NCBI RefSeq assembly: GCF_009914755.1
Contig: NC_060928.1
Reading direction: 5' to 3' (one strand)
DNA length: 64,000 nucleotides
Origin: the human T2T-CHM13v2.0 reference genome, Homo sapiens
The notes below the pieces were generated by a model, which was not told where the DNA came from, did no database searches, and saw only the letters and a list, made by a program, of their open reading frames with translations. Position 1 is the first letter of the stretch. Every line of letters begins with the position of its first letter. Made by a program: the position numbers and the translations under genes. Below are positions 29,282 through 45,232 of this stretch, one piece after another.

Positions 29282-29584
29282 TGGATGAAGCTGGAAACCA
29301 TCATTCTGAGCAAACTTATCGCAAGGACAGAAAACCAAACACCACATGTTCTCACCCATAGGTGGGAATTGAACAATGAGAACACTTGGACACAGGATGG
29401 GGAACATCATACACCGGGACCTGTCGTGGGATGGGGAGGAGGGAGGGATAGCATTAGGAGATGTACCTAATGTAAATGATGAGTTAATGGGTGCAGCAAA
29501 CCAACATGGCACATGTATACATGTGTAACAAACCTGCATGTTGTGCACATGTACCCTAGAACTTAAAGTATAATAAAAAATAAG
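29282..29584 (+). mobile_element. 5'-truncated L1PA (L1PA4/5-like) 3' end
   Basis: ORF2 C-terminus (MKLETIILSKL) and 3'UTR ...gtaccctagaacttaaagtataataaaaaa; TSD taaatatctg at 29274-29283 and 29585-29594. Confidence 0.95.
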
Positions 29585-30125
29585 TAAATATCTGTCTTCC
29601 TTGTATATATACTTTTCAGTCCTCAAGTGCAGAATCCATATTAGAATGATTTGTACATGTCCAGTCCTAGAATCATGCTTAAATGTAGTGAGAGTTCAGG
29701 GTAGGATCTTGGCTCTCAATTAATTGATCGTTCATTACAGTAAACGCCATTTCATTGCCAAACAAATGAAGTCCAAATTTCTATATGGGTCTGGAATTGC
29801 ATATAATTGTTAAAATACTGAAAGGACATGGAAATAATTGATTACATAATCTATAAAACCCTACTTCTATTTGACTAACCACAATGAAAATGGCTTTTTT
29901 GATTATACTATTAAATTAGATTTTATTTCATGATACAATCTAATCAACCTCTTTTACATACATATTTGTTTTCAAGGTGACACGTTTAATGATTTATTAT
30001 ATTTGGGGCAGAAAATATGTTTTTGTGTAACAATTTCAACCTATTTTATATAAGAGATTTGATTTTTAACATATTTATCAATATTATATTTCAAAATAAA
30101 ATTCAGTAAGAATTTCTGACTAAGT

Positions 30126-30466
<341 letters not shown>

Positions 30467-31189
30467 TTAATTAATATTTTTTAGGATTAGAGAGATATTT
30501 GCCAAGATTTATTGCTAAGTCAACTACTTTCACAGCTATTTAGAAAATGTCTTTAATCCATAGGTGTTTGTAACATTTCCTAAGAAACGTGATATATTTG
30601 AATTTTAAAAGATGCTTATATATGTTTCCACCAAGACTGGCTAGAAATGTCTATTTTATCACTTTCATTCTACACCCATTTATTTTGACTTTCCATTCAT
30701 TGCATACGTGTATACTAGGGGAATTATGAAAATATATATTCTAAATTTTTCTGTTGCTTATCTGTCTGTGGCCACTAGACACTGTAAGGAGATCATACCA
30801 CAGGGAGCCTCATGTTCTCTTCCTTTGTACGTATTCAAAGCCCACTTCCTTCCTGTAGCATTCATTCCACAGGAGGCCTTAAAACTTATATTTTCTAAAA
30901 TGTTGTTCACTGTTCAAGTTCTCAAAAGTTTGAAATATAAACCAAAATAAGAGCTATTTTTATTCACCACACAATGCTTTCATTTTCTTCTAGTTTCCTT
31001 GGCACACGGTAAAATAAATGTTTTATAATATAGTGCTAAATATTTTGATAAAAACAAAAGAACAAGTTGAGTGTGCAAAGATGTATATAGGAAAATAAAG
31101 ACATTGTTAACAATCAAATTTTAAGCTTAAGAGAGGATAGCAACTTAGTTTCGCAAATCGCTTTAGCGAGCAGAATCTCCTTTGAGCCT

Positions 31190-31345
31190 CATGAAACCTC
31201 TCTGGAGACAGTTCAGTGTTGTTATCCTGTTTTGCACAGGAGGAGATTGAGGTTTAAGGAGGATATTTGGTTTGTTCAAACTTAATAGTGTAAGGGCTAG
31301 GTTTCCAACTCTGGTCTTTTGACACAAGGTCTGTTCCTTTCCCAC
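31190..31345 (-). mobile_element. MIR relic
   Basis: gttatcctgttttgcacaggaggagattgaggtttaaggagg core. Confidence 0.6.
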
Positions 31346-31689
31346 TATTTCATATGGCTAACAATTATCACAGACATTTTTCTCTCTTTACCTCTTTTCT
31401 AATTTATCAGGCTAATTTATCAATGCTTCAATGAATTAAAAAAATTTAGAAGAAAATCTGAGGACATAACATAAAACTTTCCACAAGTATCACACCCCTT
31501 GCATACAATGAATGCAGGAGATTTCTTTTCTAGGAGTTTTCCAGAGCTATATTTAAAAATATGATTTAATTTTAGTTCATTCTGAAAATTGCTGCTTATA
31601 AAATACTATCACATTCATGGTTCCTTGCATAGTTTCTTGTACTTTATCAATGAACATGGATAAAGTGCCTAATTGTGTTGATCTTGCCC

Positions 31690-32130
31690 ATATGAATTTC
31701 TGGCACATTCATATATCAGTTCTCTAATTCTCAACTTCTTCCTCATTTATAAAATGGAGATAAAAACACCTCCACTAAGGAATAAATGGAATTACATACA
31801 TATCACATATATAATACATAATTAATCAAATATATCATTATGTATTGTAGGCATATATGTGTATACGTATATAATATGTATTACATATCATATATGTCTA
31901 TATAATACATATAGACATATATTACACATGTGATATAACTCATATATGAATATATAATATATAATTATTATATGGAATTGTATATGTATATAATTACCTA
32001 TAATTATATACATGCATAATTACATCTAATATTGTAATTATATATAATTATAGATATATCACATGTATGATTATATACATGTATATGTAATCACAATTCA
32101 CAAAAAATCAATATTCAATAAATGATAGTT
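31690..32130 (+). mobile_element. MIR split by a ~300-bp AT-rich low-complexity tract (about 31790-32090)
   Basis: cttcctcatttataaaatggagataa before the tract, tattcaataaatgatagtt after it. Confidence 0.55.
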
Positions 32131-32693
32131 TAAGAAAGCATGATTATAGCAGAAAGTGATGTTGTCTAGCACCAGAGTCAAGTTCTACTGAACACATCAA
32201 ATAAACAAATGATTTAAAGTTGATTTTTTCAATCTTTAATGCACATTATTTTGTTTTTGAACTTGTTTTTAAATTTTTTATTCAAATCAGCTTAACATAA
32301 ATGTAAATTAAAACCATATTCCATGTAAATTTCACAAAAATTCATTTATGCTTATATGAGCCAAACTATCCAAAAGCTTATACCCTAGAGATTTAGTTCA
32401 TTCTACAGAACAGGCTGTCCTTTTTTTACAATGTTCATCTTTTATCAAATTATTTTCATAGGTCTTACATTCTAAAATGATATTAGTTAACAGTTGTAAT
32501 GTTAGTTGTGATATTCAAAAAAAGTCAGTAAAATCAAGAACTTTGTATTATGCCAGAAATTTAGAATCTTCTCATAGAATTGATATAGTCTCTTACTCAT
32601 TCTAAATAATTCATATTAATGAATATTATTTTAAGAATGCGATATTTCCACATCTAATTGCTGATTCTACAACGTTCTTCTTGACAATATTTA

Positions 32694-33134
<441 letters not shown>

Positions 33135-33322
33135 AATATTTAACTCTCTTCTCTAGCTTAAAATGCCATTCATTTCAGTCTAATTAACTAACTTTGTTGT
33201 TTCATTAATTCTTTTATCATTATGTATATATACTGTCTTGAGAGAACTTGTTTAATTTTGGATAAATAAGTTAAATAATGCAAAGGTGGAGACTTTTTTG
33301 TAATGAATGACGAAAATACACG

Positions 33323-33659
33323 TTTTTGGTTTTTTTTTTTTCTTTTTTCTTTTTAGACAGAGTCTCGCTCCTGTCACCCAGGCTGGAGTGCAGTGGCATG
33401 ATCTCAGCTCGCTGCAACCTCTGCTTTCCTGGGCTCAAGGGAATCTCCTGCCTCAGCCTCTTGAGTAGCTGGGATTACGGGTGCCCATCACCACATCTGG
33501 CTAATTTTGTATTTTTAGTAGAGATGGGGTTTGGCTAATTTTTGTATTTTAGTAGAGACAGGGTTTTGCCATGTTGGCCAGGCTGGTCTCAAACTCCTGA
33601 CTGGTGATCTGCCGCTTCAGCCTCCCAAAGTGCTGGGATTACAGCCACAGTGCCCGGCC
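33323..33659 (-). mobile_element. AluS with an internal ~34-bp tandem duplication
   Basis: ggctaattttgtatttttagtagaga..ggg(g)ttt repeated at 33499 and 33533. Confidence 0.92.
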
Positions 33660-33905
33660 AATACTCTTATTTTTTATTTTATCAAAAAGAGAAATTATGC
33701 ATAGCTCTCTAATGACACTTATTTTATAGTAGTGATGACAGTAGTACCAGTTTCCTGTTTGCTAGTCAGAAACACACACTTAAAAACTCTAAGAAATAAA
33801 TTAGTTCTACAAATTCAACACATGTGGTCTGTATTCTTCAAGATATTTTATAATGGTTTCTCTTTCAAATGCGATTATTCAGAAGTGGAAGTTATCTCTT
33901 TTCAG

Positions 33906-33950
33906 CTGAGCTTGCTCGAATACTCCGTTCTGCACATCTCTCCTCGTAAT
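33906..33950 (+). other. Candidate 45-nt exon
   Basis: atctcttttcag|...aat|gtgagt; 3 CpGs; open in phase 0 (LSLLEYSVLHISPRN). Confidence 0.3.
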
Positions 33951-34199
33951 GTGAGTATTTTCTACAGTGAGAACCAAAAAAGAAATGCTTCTTAAAGGAT
34001 CTTTTTCGTGGAGTCTGATCTGACATGCCCTTTTAATGTTCCCTGTGCCTTTTCACATACAGCATCCACAAACAAACTCTCCTATGTGTTGACTCATACT
34101 CCCAGCAAGTATGTTTCATAAAAACATGTAGAGCAAGAGAAACCCCTGTGTAAATCTAGCATCTTCCAAGAACGTGTAGGCAGAAAAATTCATCTTTCC

Positions 34200-34507
34200 G
34201 TTGTTGTTGTTTATTTTATTATTATTTTTTATACGGGATCTTGCTTTGTTGCCCAAGCTGGAGTGCAGTGGTGGATCATAGCTCACTGCAGCCTTGAACT
34301 CCTGGGCTCAAGCTATCCTCTCACCTCAGCCCCTGAGTAGCTGGGACTACAGGCACGCACAACCACACCTGGCTAATTTTTAGTTTTTTGCAGAGAGCAG
34401 GTTTCACTATGTTGCCTAAGCTAGTCTTAACTCCTGCCTTCAAGCGATCTTCCCGCCACTGTCTCTCAACGTGGTGGGATTAGGGGTGTGAGCCACCGTG
34501 CCTGGCC
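34200..34507 (-). mobile_element. AluJ
   Basis: gatcatagctcactgcagccttgaactcctgggctcaag; full dimer. Confidence 0.93.
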
Positions 34508-36951
34508 TCAACTTCCTTTTATTCTCCAACATTATCATGTCTCAAAAACCCAAAGACTGAAACTTCAGTGTCCATAATTTGTTATTAAATGCATGGCCAC
34601 CACATCATCATCAATTATTTTTCTGAATTGTACTAGCACAAAGTAATTTCTTGGAGTTTTGGTTTGTGTTTTGGCTTTTAGTGAGGAATTGGATTTAAGT
34701 TGATTAAAATGAGTGTGTAACAGAAAAGACTACAAATGTTTTTCCACATCATTCAAACGCACATTCTACGCTCCATCTGACATGGGGCTGCCTGTTTTTT
34801 CTGATTGTTTGCTAGTGGTTAGAGTTACATCTGTAGCCCTCATCGATGGCCAAGTATTACCCAAGACTTGGCTGAGGTTGCTACTTCTTCATTCATTCTG
34901 TTGTCTGCTCTCTTCGTTCTTGGTACATCAGTCTCCTCTTGCCACTGTTCTCCATCTGTCTCCAGGAGCCTGCTCTCTGACTTCCAGAGCTCTCAGCTTG
35001 TTGCTTCAATTAACTTTTCAGTGGACCCCTTGGCAGCTTCCATAGTTTCCTGCTGGTGCTTCCCATTTTCCTACTGCTTTTTTATCACCGTGCTTGGCTT
35101 CCCAGCACCCCCACCCCCATTTATCAGTCCTCAGCTGGTTGAACTATTGTTTGAAGCACTCTGGATTTCCTGCTGATTTTATCACTAATTCTTCACTGAT
35201 CTTTTGTTACACTTTTATTTCATTTTCTTCCCAATTTTGTCTTCAGGACGCTGGCATTATCTTGCAAGACCCAGTGCTAGGAGAGCAACTCTTCCAAGAA
35301 TTCTTCATCTAGCAGCTATTTAGTTATTTTTTCAATTAGAATTGACCAAGAGTGAAGTATATTTTTCACTGTGTCTACTGGGAAAAATACTACTTACATT
35401 TGACAAGGTGTTTATATACATATACACTATCTGGTTGCTGTGATGTTAGTGCTTCAATTCCAAAATATTCCCCTGGTGACTTGTTAAACAACCGTGTCTT
35501 TCGCAGACTTACTCTGATAAGGTGGTTGCCTTGAAGAAAATTGGTATTACTTACTATTTACATTTTAAGAAGAATGATCCTGGTGTTTCTTTGTCTGGTC
35601 TAGCAATCTTCGGCAGGGTTATGTCTTGATTACTACAAGGTCCTATTCTCAAGAGTGGTGTTCACAGTCTAGATCTAAGGTAAAGTCTTCTCATTATTGA
35701 TTTTTGTATTTTTCATGCCTAGTGTCACATAAGAATTGCAAGAGACTCCTCCAGGACTTATGACTCCCTAGAGGCCAATATTAAGTATCATATCAACTCT
35801 TGGTGTTGACTTTTTCGTATTCACACAAAACTTCCAAAGCCTAAAAATTTCTAAGGATAAATAAAAAAGACTTGTTTCAGTCTCCTGAGAAAATAATTTG
35901 TTTAAAAAGTTAACTTAAAAAATAGCTTACCTTAAACTTAGAAATTGCAAATGTATTCATTACAGACTACTTTTGGCCAGATGCACTCATATACGTAAAG
36001 TAAAAGAAATGTAACAAGTGCAAAATAGTGGAATAACTATAGCAGTTAAGCCTGTATAGAGTTTAAGTATAATGAAAGTGACATGAGCTTTAGAAATAGA
36101 CATTTTTCTGTTTAAATCTTGGCTCCCTCGCTTTCTAGCAAAGTAATCTTAAGCAAGGTTATAATAATAACCTGTAGTTTGGAGAAGATCGATGATTTTT
36201 AAAATTTTTTTGGTCTGTTTATTTTTAATAGTAAAACTTTTTAAAAATCATGATTAATCTCAGCATATTTATTTTACAACAAGGTTAGTCCTAACTTCTC
36301 TGGTTGGAGCCAAGCATTTGGAACGGTTTTTCTTCAACTTCTACAGGGTGGCTCGGAGAAACTTTTATATGTCTCCAAGATTCTGTGGAACAGTTTGAAA
36401 GTTCCCAGACTAGATAAAAAACTCATTGTATGAAAGACTAAATGCAGCAAATGATGCTATTGTCCACACACTTTATCACTGTGTTTCAGGTGTGATTTCT
36501 TCCCTAAGACTAAGGACCCATCATTTTAGTGCAACCTTCTTCATTTAAATGGAGAGTTGTAATTGCCAATGCTCACAGCTACTCCTGCTCTGGTGAGTTC
36601 CCCATACCTTGCTCCCAACTACTCTGTCTCTCTACCACAAGGAGGCTTGGTTATTCCAGTACCAATCCTGTCATGTGCATTAGTGCTGCCTAAAGCATTC
36701 GCCGAAAAAGCTCTTCACTCACCCTTGCCATTCCCTCATCATCCTCACACTCATAGTCACAGGCTCTCTGCCTCTTCGCTAATCTGATCTTTCCTTCCTC
36801 TTCTGCCAGAATATCCAAACACCTTAACTATGCCCTCTGGAATTCCCTTATTTATACCAGCTCCCTTGCCCTTCTCTTCCTTCTTTAAATTAACCTTATA
36901 AAATCCTAAACCAATATTAGAATTCTTCTAATTCTTCTGCGCCTAAGATAA

Positions 36952-37316
<365 letters not shown>

Positions 37317-37446
37317 TCTTAATCGCTCTTTAGTAGCCCTCTTATGCTTTCTTGTTTTTTTTCCCCTCATGCTTCATCTCCCTAAGTAATTATTTCATGC
37401 CTTTTTCTGTCAACGTATCTAATGCCCCCTTCCCCATCATCACTGT

Positions 37447-37664
37447 CAGCTGGTGACCGTAGTTCCCACGCAGCTGGTGACCTTAGTGCCCACGCAGCTG
37501 GTGACCTTAGTTCCCATGCAGCTGGTGACCTTAGTTCCCATGCAGCTGGTGACTTTAGTTCCCATGCAGCTGGTGACTTTAGTCGTCATGCAGCTGGTGA
37601 GCTTAGTCCCTATGCAGCTGGTGATCTTAGTTTCCATGCAGCTGGTGACCTTAGTGCCCATGCA
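37447..37664. repeat. Minisatellite, 9 x 24 bp (cagctggtgaccttagttcccatg)
   Basis: Nine in-phase units counted by eye, no spacers. Confidence 0.97.
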
Positions 37665-38040
37665 AGGGAAAGAAGGAAAAAGTAGGGAAGAACCTCCCTG
37701 TGTTCCCATCAGCACTCTACCCTCTTATCTTCACTAGATCTCATCGTTCTCTTCTACCCAATTATTTTACTCTAGCAATTATCTCCCTCCTATCTCATAC
37801 ATCAATTATTCTCCCTCTTCGGGGTCATTCTCACCAGCTTTCAAACTGTGATAAAATTTTCTGCCTTAAAGGAAAAGCCCTCCCTTCATCCAGATGTTGC
37901 TTCATTTCTCTACGGCCAAATTATATCAGAACTCCTTTAAAATGTCACCTATATCCACCATGTGCTATTCCTTTGAAATAGCTCTTGAAACAACTCTGCC
38001 AAAATTTCTACTAATCAGAATGTTTAAATTCAGAGGTTAA

Positions 38041-38488
<448 letters not shown>

Positions 38489-41479
38489 TCATCTTCCTGA
38501 CTTCTTAACATTGATGTGCCATCCTTGAAACTTCTGTCCATTTCACCTAAGTAACCCCTATGTGATCTCATCTAGACTTATGCCTTTCTATACTATCTTA
38601 CAGATTTAAGCTCCCAACCTACACCTCCCCACAAACACTAGAGTCATACCCTCATACTTTCAGTTACACTTGGATGTCTAGTAGACATCTCAAATGTAGC
38701 ACACCTAAACCAAACTCCTGACTTCCCCATCCAAAACCCCTGATCCACCCCAACCCTTCTTTATCTTGGTAAATGGCAACTTCATCCAATTAGATCCTGA
38801 GGGCGAAACCTTTAGAATCACCCTTGACTCTTCATTCTCTACTATCCCACAGCCAGTCTATCAGCAAATAAGAACTGTCCTGCTACTTCTCCCCACATCC
38901 AACAGAAATTCCCTTGCCCAGGCCACAGCAAAAATTTTACTTGGATTCTTTTAGAGTTCTTCTTGAACTATTTTCTCGTTTTCCCCTTTTGCTACTACAG
39001 TGTCTGTTTAGTCCACCAGCCAAAGTGTCACTTAAAATTTGAATTAAGATTTGTCCTATGTTTGATAAAAATCTTTCAATAACTTCCCACTTCGCTAAGT
39101 GCAAAAGCTAAAATCATTTTAATGAGCTATTATTAGGGTATCCATATAACTTCCCATGCAAACCTAGGTGTTCTTTCTCCTGGAAAAAAGCTTAATGGTA
39201 ATCACTTCCAGACAACATGTGTCAACAGGCACATTCCCAGACAAACTGGATGTGCTCTGCTCCTGCCTATACGTCCCTACCCAATCTACCCTGGTGTCTG
39301 CAACATACTTGACCTCCTCCTCTCCTTCCTTCCTCCGTCCTGCACACACCTCTCTTATAAACCGCACTTCTTGCATGTCACAGAAGCTGCGAAGGATGCT
39401 CTTGCATCAGGGTTATTTGCTTCTGCAGATCTTTTCGCTCGAAATACCCTTTCTTGACTGTCTGCAGAGCTCACTCTCTAAAATTTCTTTTATGTTTCTG
39501 CTGAGATTTTATCTTACAAGAGAGGTTATCCTAGACAACTTACCTAAGTAACTATCCTTTCCCCACCGTGGCATGGCCGTACTCCTTTATCTTCCTTTGT
39601 ATTTTTGTTATACCACTTATTACTATCTGATATGTGTTTTAATGGATTTGTTTATTATTCCCTGCCCTGCCCATTAGAATGAAAGTTAAAGTGCAGGGAC
39701 TTTGTCTGTTTTACTCCCTACTGTGTTACTAGTCTGGAATAGGTTCTGAACAGAGAAGGTGCCCAATTAATACTGTCAAATTAATGCATTAAAAATGTTG
39801 ATGTCATGCTACATTGGTTCTGATCTTCTAGCTTGTCTGTCATTAATCAGATCATAAAAGTCAGCTCATATTGCACAAATTCATGTAATTGTCCTTCATG
39901 CACAGAAATACAATATAATGTGATAATGGGGACAATTTTCTTGTTTCCTTTTACTGATGGATGTATTTATATATACACATGTAAATATATATATCCACAC
40001 ATATATATATTCTCTTAAATGTTCTTTATATTATAGCTAGTTTTCAGAGGACTATCCTTGTATTTCACATTAGTTAATATTTTATATTGTACATTTTAAA
40101 AATATATAATCTCCTGTTTTCTCTCCCTTTCTTGTTCTATGATTTGTCAAATAATTCTTGGTTCAAAAATATTCATTAATTAATCAATTGAACAAACTCA
40201 TATTACATACTCACTTCCCAGTTAGAAAAATCAATTTTAATTCAGAAAGATTATTTCATAAATGTGGAATTACAGCAAGAGAACTGAATAGTTTCCGTAG
40301 ATGAGGGGAAGAAAAAGGTTTCATTTCAACCTTAGATGAAACCTATTACATTTCATTTCCAAACTCATGGCCTCAAAGTAATACTTTCTTCAGCCCATTA
40401 AGGAAGTCTATTTTTGTGATCATCTTCTGTTCTAGCAGACACTTTATCTTGGATACAATCAGAAAATCATATTTGTGATTTCCATTGTTTCATCATTATT
40501 TCTGGCTACATGTTAGCTTGAACTTCACTTCATTTTTCTTTCTAAAGTATTTCATTGGTTTCCCTTCTACTTTACATGATTAATTTCACATTTATGACAT
40601 ATTGTCCAATTTTGTCCAATTTTGATTAGCTCTTTATGAATCAATTTGTTGCCATAAATCCGTTAATATTTAGGATTATCAAAAGCATATTCTTTCTGAA
40701 TATATCTTAATCCCATATTTCATTAACATTAATAAGTAGTTTATTAGGAAACTTCAGAACTTTAAATTAAGTTGGAACATTGGAATACATTTTTAAAATC
40801 CTCAAATTTCCAGTTGTTTCAGCTTTGTTTATCTAGTAATAAACTACTGCATCCTTGTAAATAATTGAATTGTTGCTAGATCTGAAGTTTATTTCATCTA
40901 AGGTACAAAGAGTTTACCAGACACTACACACTGCAGTGCGGTATTCTAAGTTGCACCAAGCACATGCATTCAGCAGAACAGCCACTGAGGATATATGGGT
41001 TCAAAAACAAAGAGTTAATAATACATTAATGTCAAACTTACAATTATTTGGAATCAAATCTTTCTAATTCATGAAAATGTTGTTTGTATACAATATAAAA
41101 CAACTCAAGTTTCATTAATGTAATAGAAAGTATAATGTGAAAGGTAAAAAGGACACTGGGAAGGTCAGAGTCAATTTTAATTTTCTTTTTATAACTCTTA
41201 AATTGCTTGGGTTATTCCACAATGAGAATGTATTCACTTTGCAATGAAACTTTTCTTTTCTCTCCTCCTCCACCAAAAAACAAAAACAGACAAATGGAAG
41301 AAAAGTTCAGTAACTATAACCCAGTAATAGAGTTTACCTCCTAAACATCCATTGTTGTACTTCAGTGGTTACAAATTATCTACTGTATGACAGCTTCCTC
41401 CTGATGAATCTCATCGTCTTCAGTCATTATCATTTTTAGTTCATCCCACTACAGACAGACAGGTAAAAATGTGTTATTA

Positions 41480-41990
41480 TTCTGTAACACAAATGAATTA
41501 TGTCACCATACAGCTTAAGTTCTTGCAGTTCGCCACCAGTTACTTTCAAGATAAAATTTAACTTCTTACCATGTTGCTTATGACACATTGACTCTTTGGT
41601 CCCTGCCTTTATGTCCAATCTCTTCCTCATAGGCATGAATGTCCCAGGCATAGTGAAGCCATTGCAGGTTCAAAAGTGTGTCTTCTCCGCCAGCATTCCA
41701 TGCTTTTCACAAGGCGTGCCTCCCCTGTGTTTGTCCATTCAACTTGTTCTTCAGAAATCAGCTGAGGCTTCTCCTGCTAACTACCATATTTTTTTTTGTC
41801 TGTCCTAACCTTTCTAAGTGAACTGCCTAAACCTACCCCAGGCTCAGAGCACATTTCTAACACTGTAGTATAACCCCCAGCTTTCTTTCGTGCCTGTGTA
41901 TTCAGCGGTGAATTTTCAGAAGTGCTGTGCAGCTTCATCATCTATCAGTTGTTTTTAACTGTTGGGTACCAAGAGCATGCTCAATTACAC
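41480..41990 (+). mobile_element. L2 relic
   Basis: tcaagataaaatttaacttcttaccatg, tggtccctgcc, gagcatgctcaatta. Confidence 0.5.
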
Positions 41991-42340
41991 AGAAGAAGAA
42001 CGGACATGGAATGAACCAGTGTCTCTTATGTTGCTGTTAGGCTATCTTTGCAAACATGAATAGCTCTGCAAGAAATAATCTAGGCAAGCACAAGTTCCAG
42101 AAAATGTATATGAAAGGTATTTCTAATAGATATTAAACATGCTAAAGGTATGTGAGATCACGCTAGGCAAATGTAAAATTATTTCCTGTAATCTGCAAAT
42201 GGACAAAATATTATGGCATTATTAGTCTCACCAAAGGGTATAATAATTATGGACTCTGCCTTTACAGTTAGAAAACTTTGCAAAATCTAAATTTTACTTT
42301 AATAGCAATATTTTCAAATTTGGATTTTTATAATAGCTGG

Positions 42341-42753
42341 TGTAGTCCACTTTGCATTGCTGAATAGGAATACCTGAGACTGGGAGTGTACAAATAAAAT
42401 AGGTTAATTTGGTTCACAGTTCTGCAGGATACACAGGAAGCAAGACACCAGCAACTGCTTCTAGTGAGGGATTCAGGGAGCTTTCAAACCTGGTGGATGT
42501 GGAAAGGGAGCAGGTGTGTCACATGGTCAGAGAGAAGGAGGAAGGGGAGGAGGAGAAAAAGAAGTGGCAGGCTCTTTTAAACAACCAGCTCTTTCATGAA
42601 CTACTACTCACTCATTACAGTGGGGAAGGCATCAAGCCATTCATGATGGATCTGCCTCCATAACCCAGACAACTCCCACTTGACCCCACCTACAGCATCG
42701 GGGGCCACATTTCAATATGAGATTTGGAGGGGACAAATATCCAAATTATATCA
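42341..42753 (-). mobile_element. MSTB-like MaLR solo LTR
   Basis: TG...CA ends; gaatacctgagactggg, tcacagttctgcagg, ctcttttaaacaaccagctct, gagatttggaggggacaaatatccaaa; 5-bp TSD gctgg/actgg. Confidence 0.9.
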
Positions 42754-44389
42754 ACTGGTGTGTATATGGCTTTTATTATGTCTCTTAAATGGATGCATAT
42801 ACATATTGTAAATATCTGAAACACAAGTACTATGAAATGAAAATAATTTATTAAAGTCCTCAGCAAATTATTGTCCTATTGAGGTATGAATAAATGAAAT
42901 CACACAAATTTAAAATATTTATTATTTATATTAAAATGTTTTTTAATCTATGGAAATGTCACCTATTTTCAAATCTATAATAAGAGCTAGCCTAAATGCA
43001 TTATTGTTCTTAACTTAAATTTCTTGTTTGTGGTTTGACAGCTTTGCTTACTTTGCATATTATTTTGTTTGTGTCTATTTTAGAACACCTGATTATTATA
43101 TTTTACTTCCTAGGGGGCATTATTGCACAAGAGCTTCCAGTAGCTGCTATAAATCATAGGTAGCCATGCCCTATGTACATTTTTTAAATGCTGTGTTGAA
43201 ATAATTCTCGAGTTTGGCCTAGGGTTTTTTTTTTTTAATTTTTGAAACACTGTCTTTAGTTGTTCTAGATTGTCAGTAGCTTTATATGCATGAATGAGGA
43301 TTACATCTAACTCATTCTCACTTTGGGCCTGACTCATTAAGAGAAGCAATTTCATTTACAGATGTGAAAGGCTACATTACTTACCCCACGGCCTATGATG
43401 CCAGCTGGAAAGCTTTTCCTCCAAAACAGTCAGACAAGATGATTGTAAAGAAAATGAGTGACAGGTCTACACTGCACGCAGGCAAACCTGTGGAGTCTAT
43501 ATGCATATCAGATATTACAGGAAACCACTTATGCAGCTTTAGTCATAGTGTTGACAGATTGCTTCTGCTCAACTTGAGACACATTGAACTATGCAATATA
43601 CACTGACATAATGCTGAGAAGCAAATTACATGCCATTTTTGAAAGGTTTGTGATACCACACTGGTAAACAAAAGTCTTCCTTATTACCACAGTGTCTAAT
43701 ATATCCTTTTAGAAATGGTGAGATCCCACGGGACAGGTAGTTTGAAGAATATGAACCCCAAGAAGCGTGCTCTAAGCCATAAAGCTCTTATCTGTCAATA
43801 TCATACATGGAAAACATGTTACAAAAGAGCATAATTGTGTGCTATTGTTATTGCTGAGACATCAGTCTTCTTTATGTTTGCATTAGGGACTTGTTAAGGT
43901 GCAGAATGTTTTGCCCACTAAATGTCTATATGAGACAAGATTGTCAACTCAGCTGTAAACAGAGGGTACTCTTCCTAGAAAAATCTCTGAAATTGGCTAT
44001 ATCACTGTAAACAGCAGAAAGTCTTCTCAATTCCCATTTTGATTGATAATTATTTAAGAGTTTGAAAGCAAATACAAATATAAATGTGATTTCTAAAATC
44101 TTATAAGTTTTATCTTAATAGTTTATTTCCTTCCGTTTTTATTAAGACTGAATCTATAGTGGACAATGGCTGTAAAACAGCCAGTAATCTCCCCTGCCCA
44201 ATGGATTTATAATATATAAAGCAGACTATGGGGAGTACTCTGAAACAGTGAATGTTTGGTGGAATCTTTCTGGAATTAAAAAGACAGCTCTTGTTTCAGT
44301 GTTGGAGTGAAAAAGTAGCTTTCTGTGTTTTTTATAATTTTTCCATATGTAGAACTTACATGAGAAGACTTTGGAATTTATATCATATT

Positions 44390-45099
<710 letters not shown>

Positions 45100-45232
45100 A
45101 TATTATCGAGGGGAAAAACAGGATAAGATCTTTGGTAATGATATCCCTGTGGGAGGTTGGCAAATAAAGAAAGGAAGAGAGGGTCGATGCCAATAAGTGT
45201 CTTTGTATCAGCCTCATCCGTCCTTTCTGCAG

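Noticed and set aside
29273-29626. ORFs over the L1 fragment
   Set aside because: 5'-truncated L1 end, not a functional ORF2
35395-35550. Minus-strand reading ...SPGEYFGIEAL..., reminiscent of a cNMP-binding GxxFGExAL motif
   Set aside because: Motif spacing is off, the rest of the domain is absent and the acceptor is poor; likely chance
37422-37737. CRISPR-like array or repeat protein (HAAGDLSS)n
   Set aside because: Units are contiguous without unique spacers, the DNA is primate with no cas genes, and open frames follow from the 24-bp period
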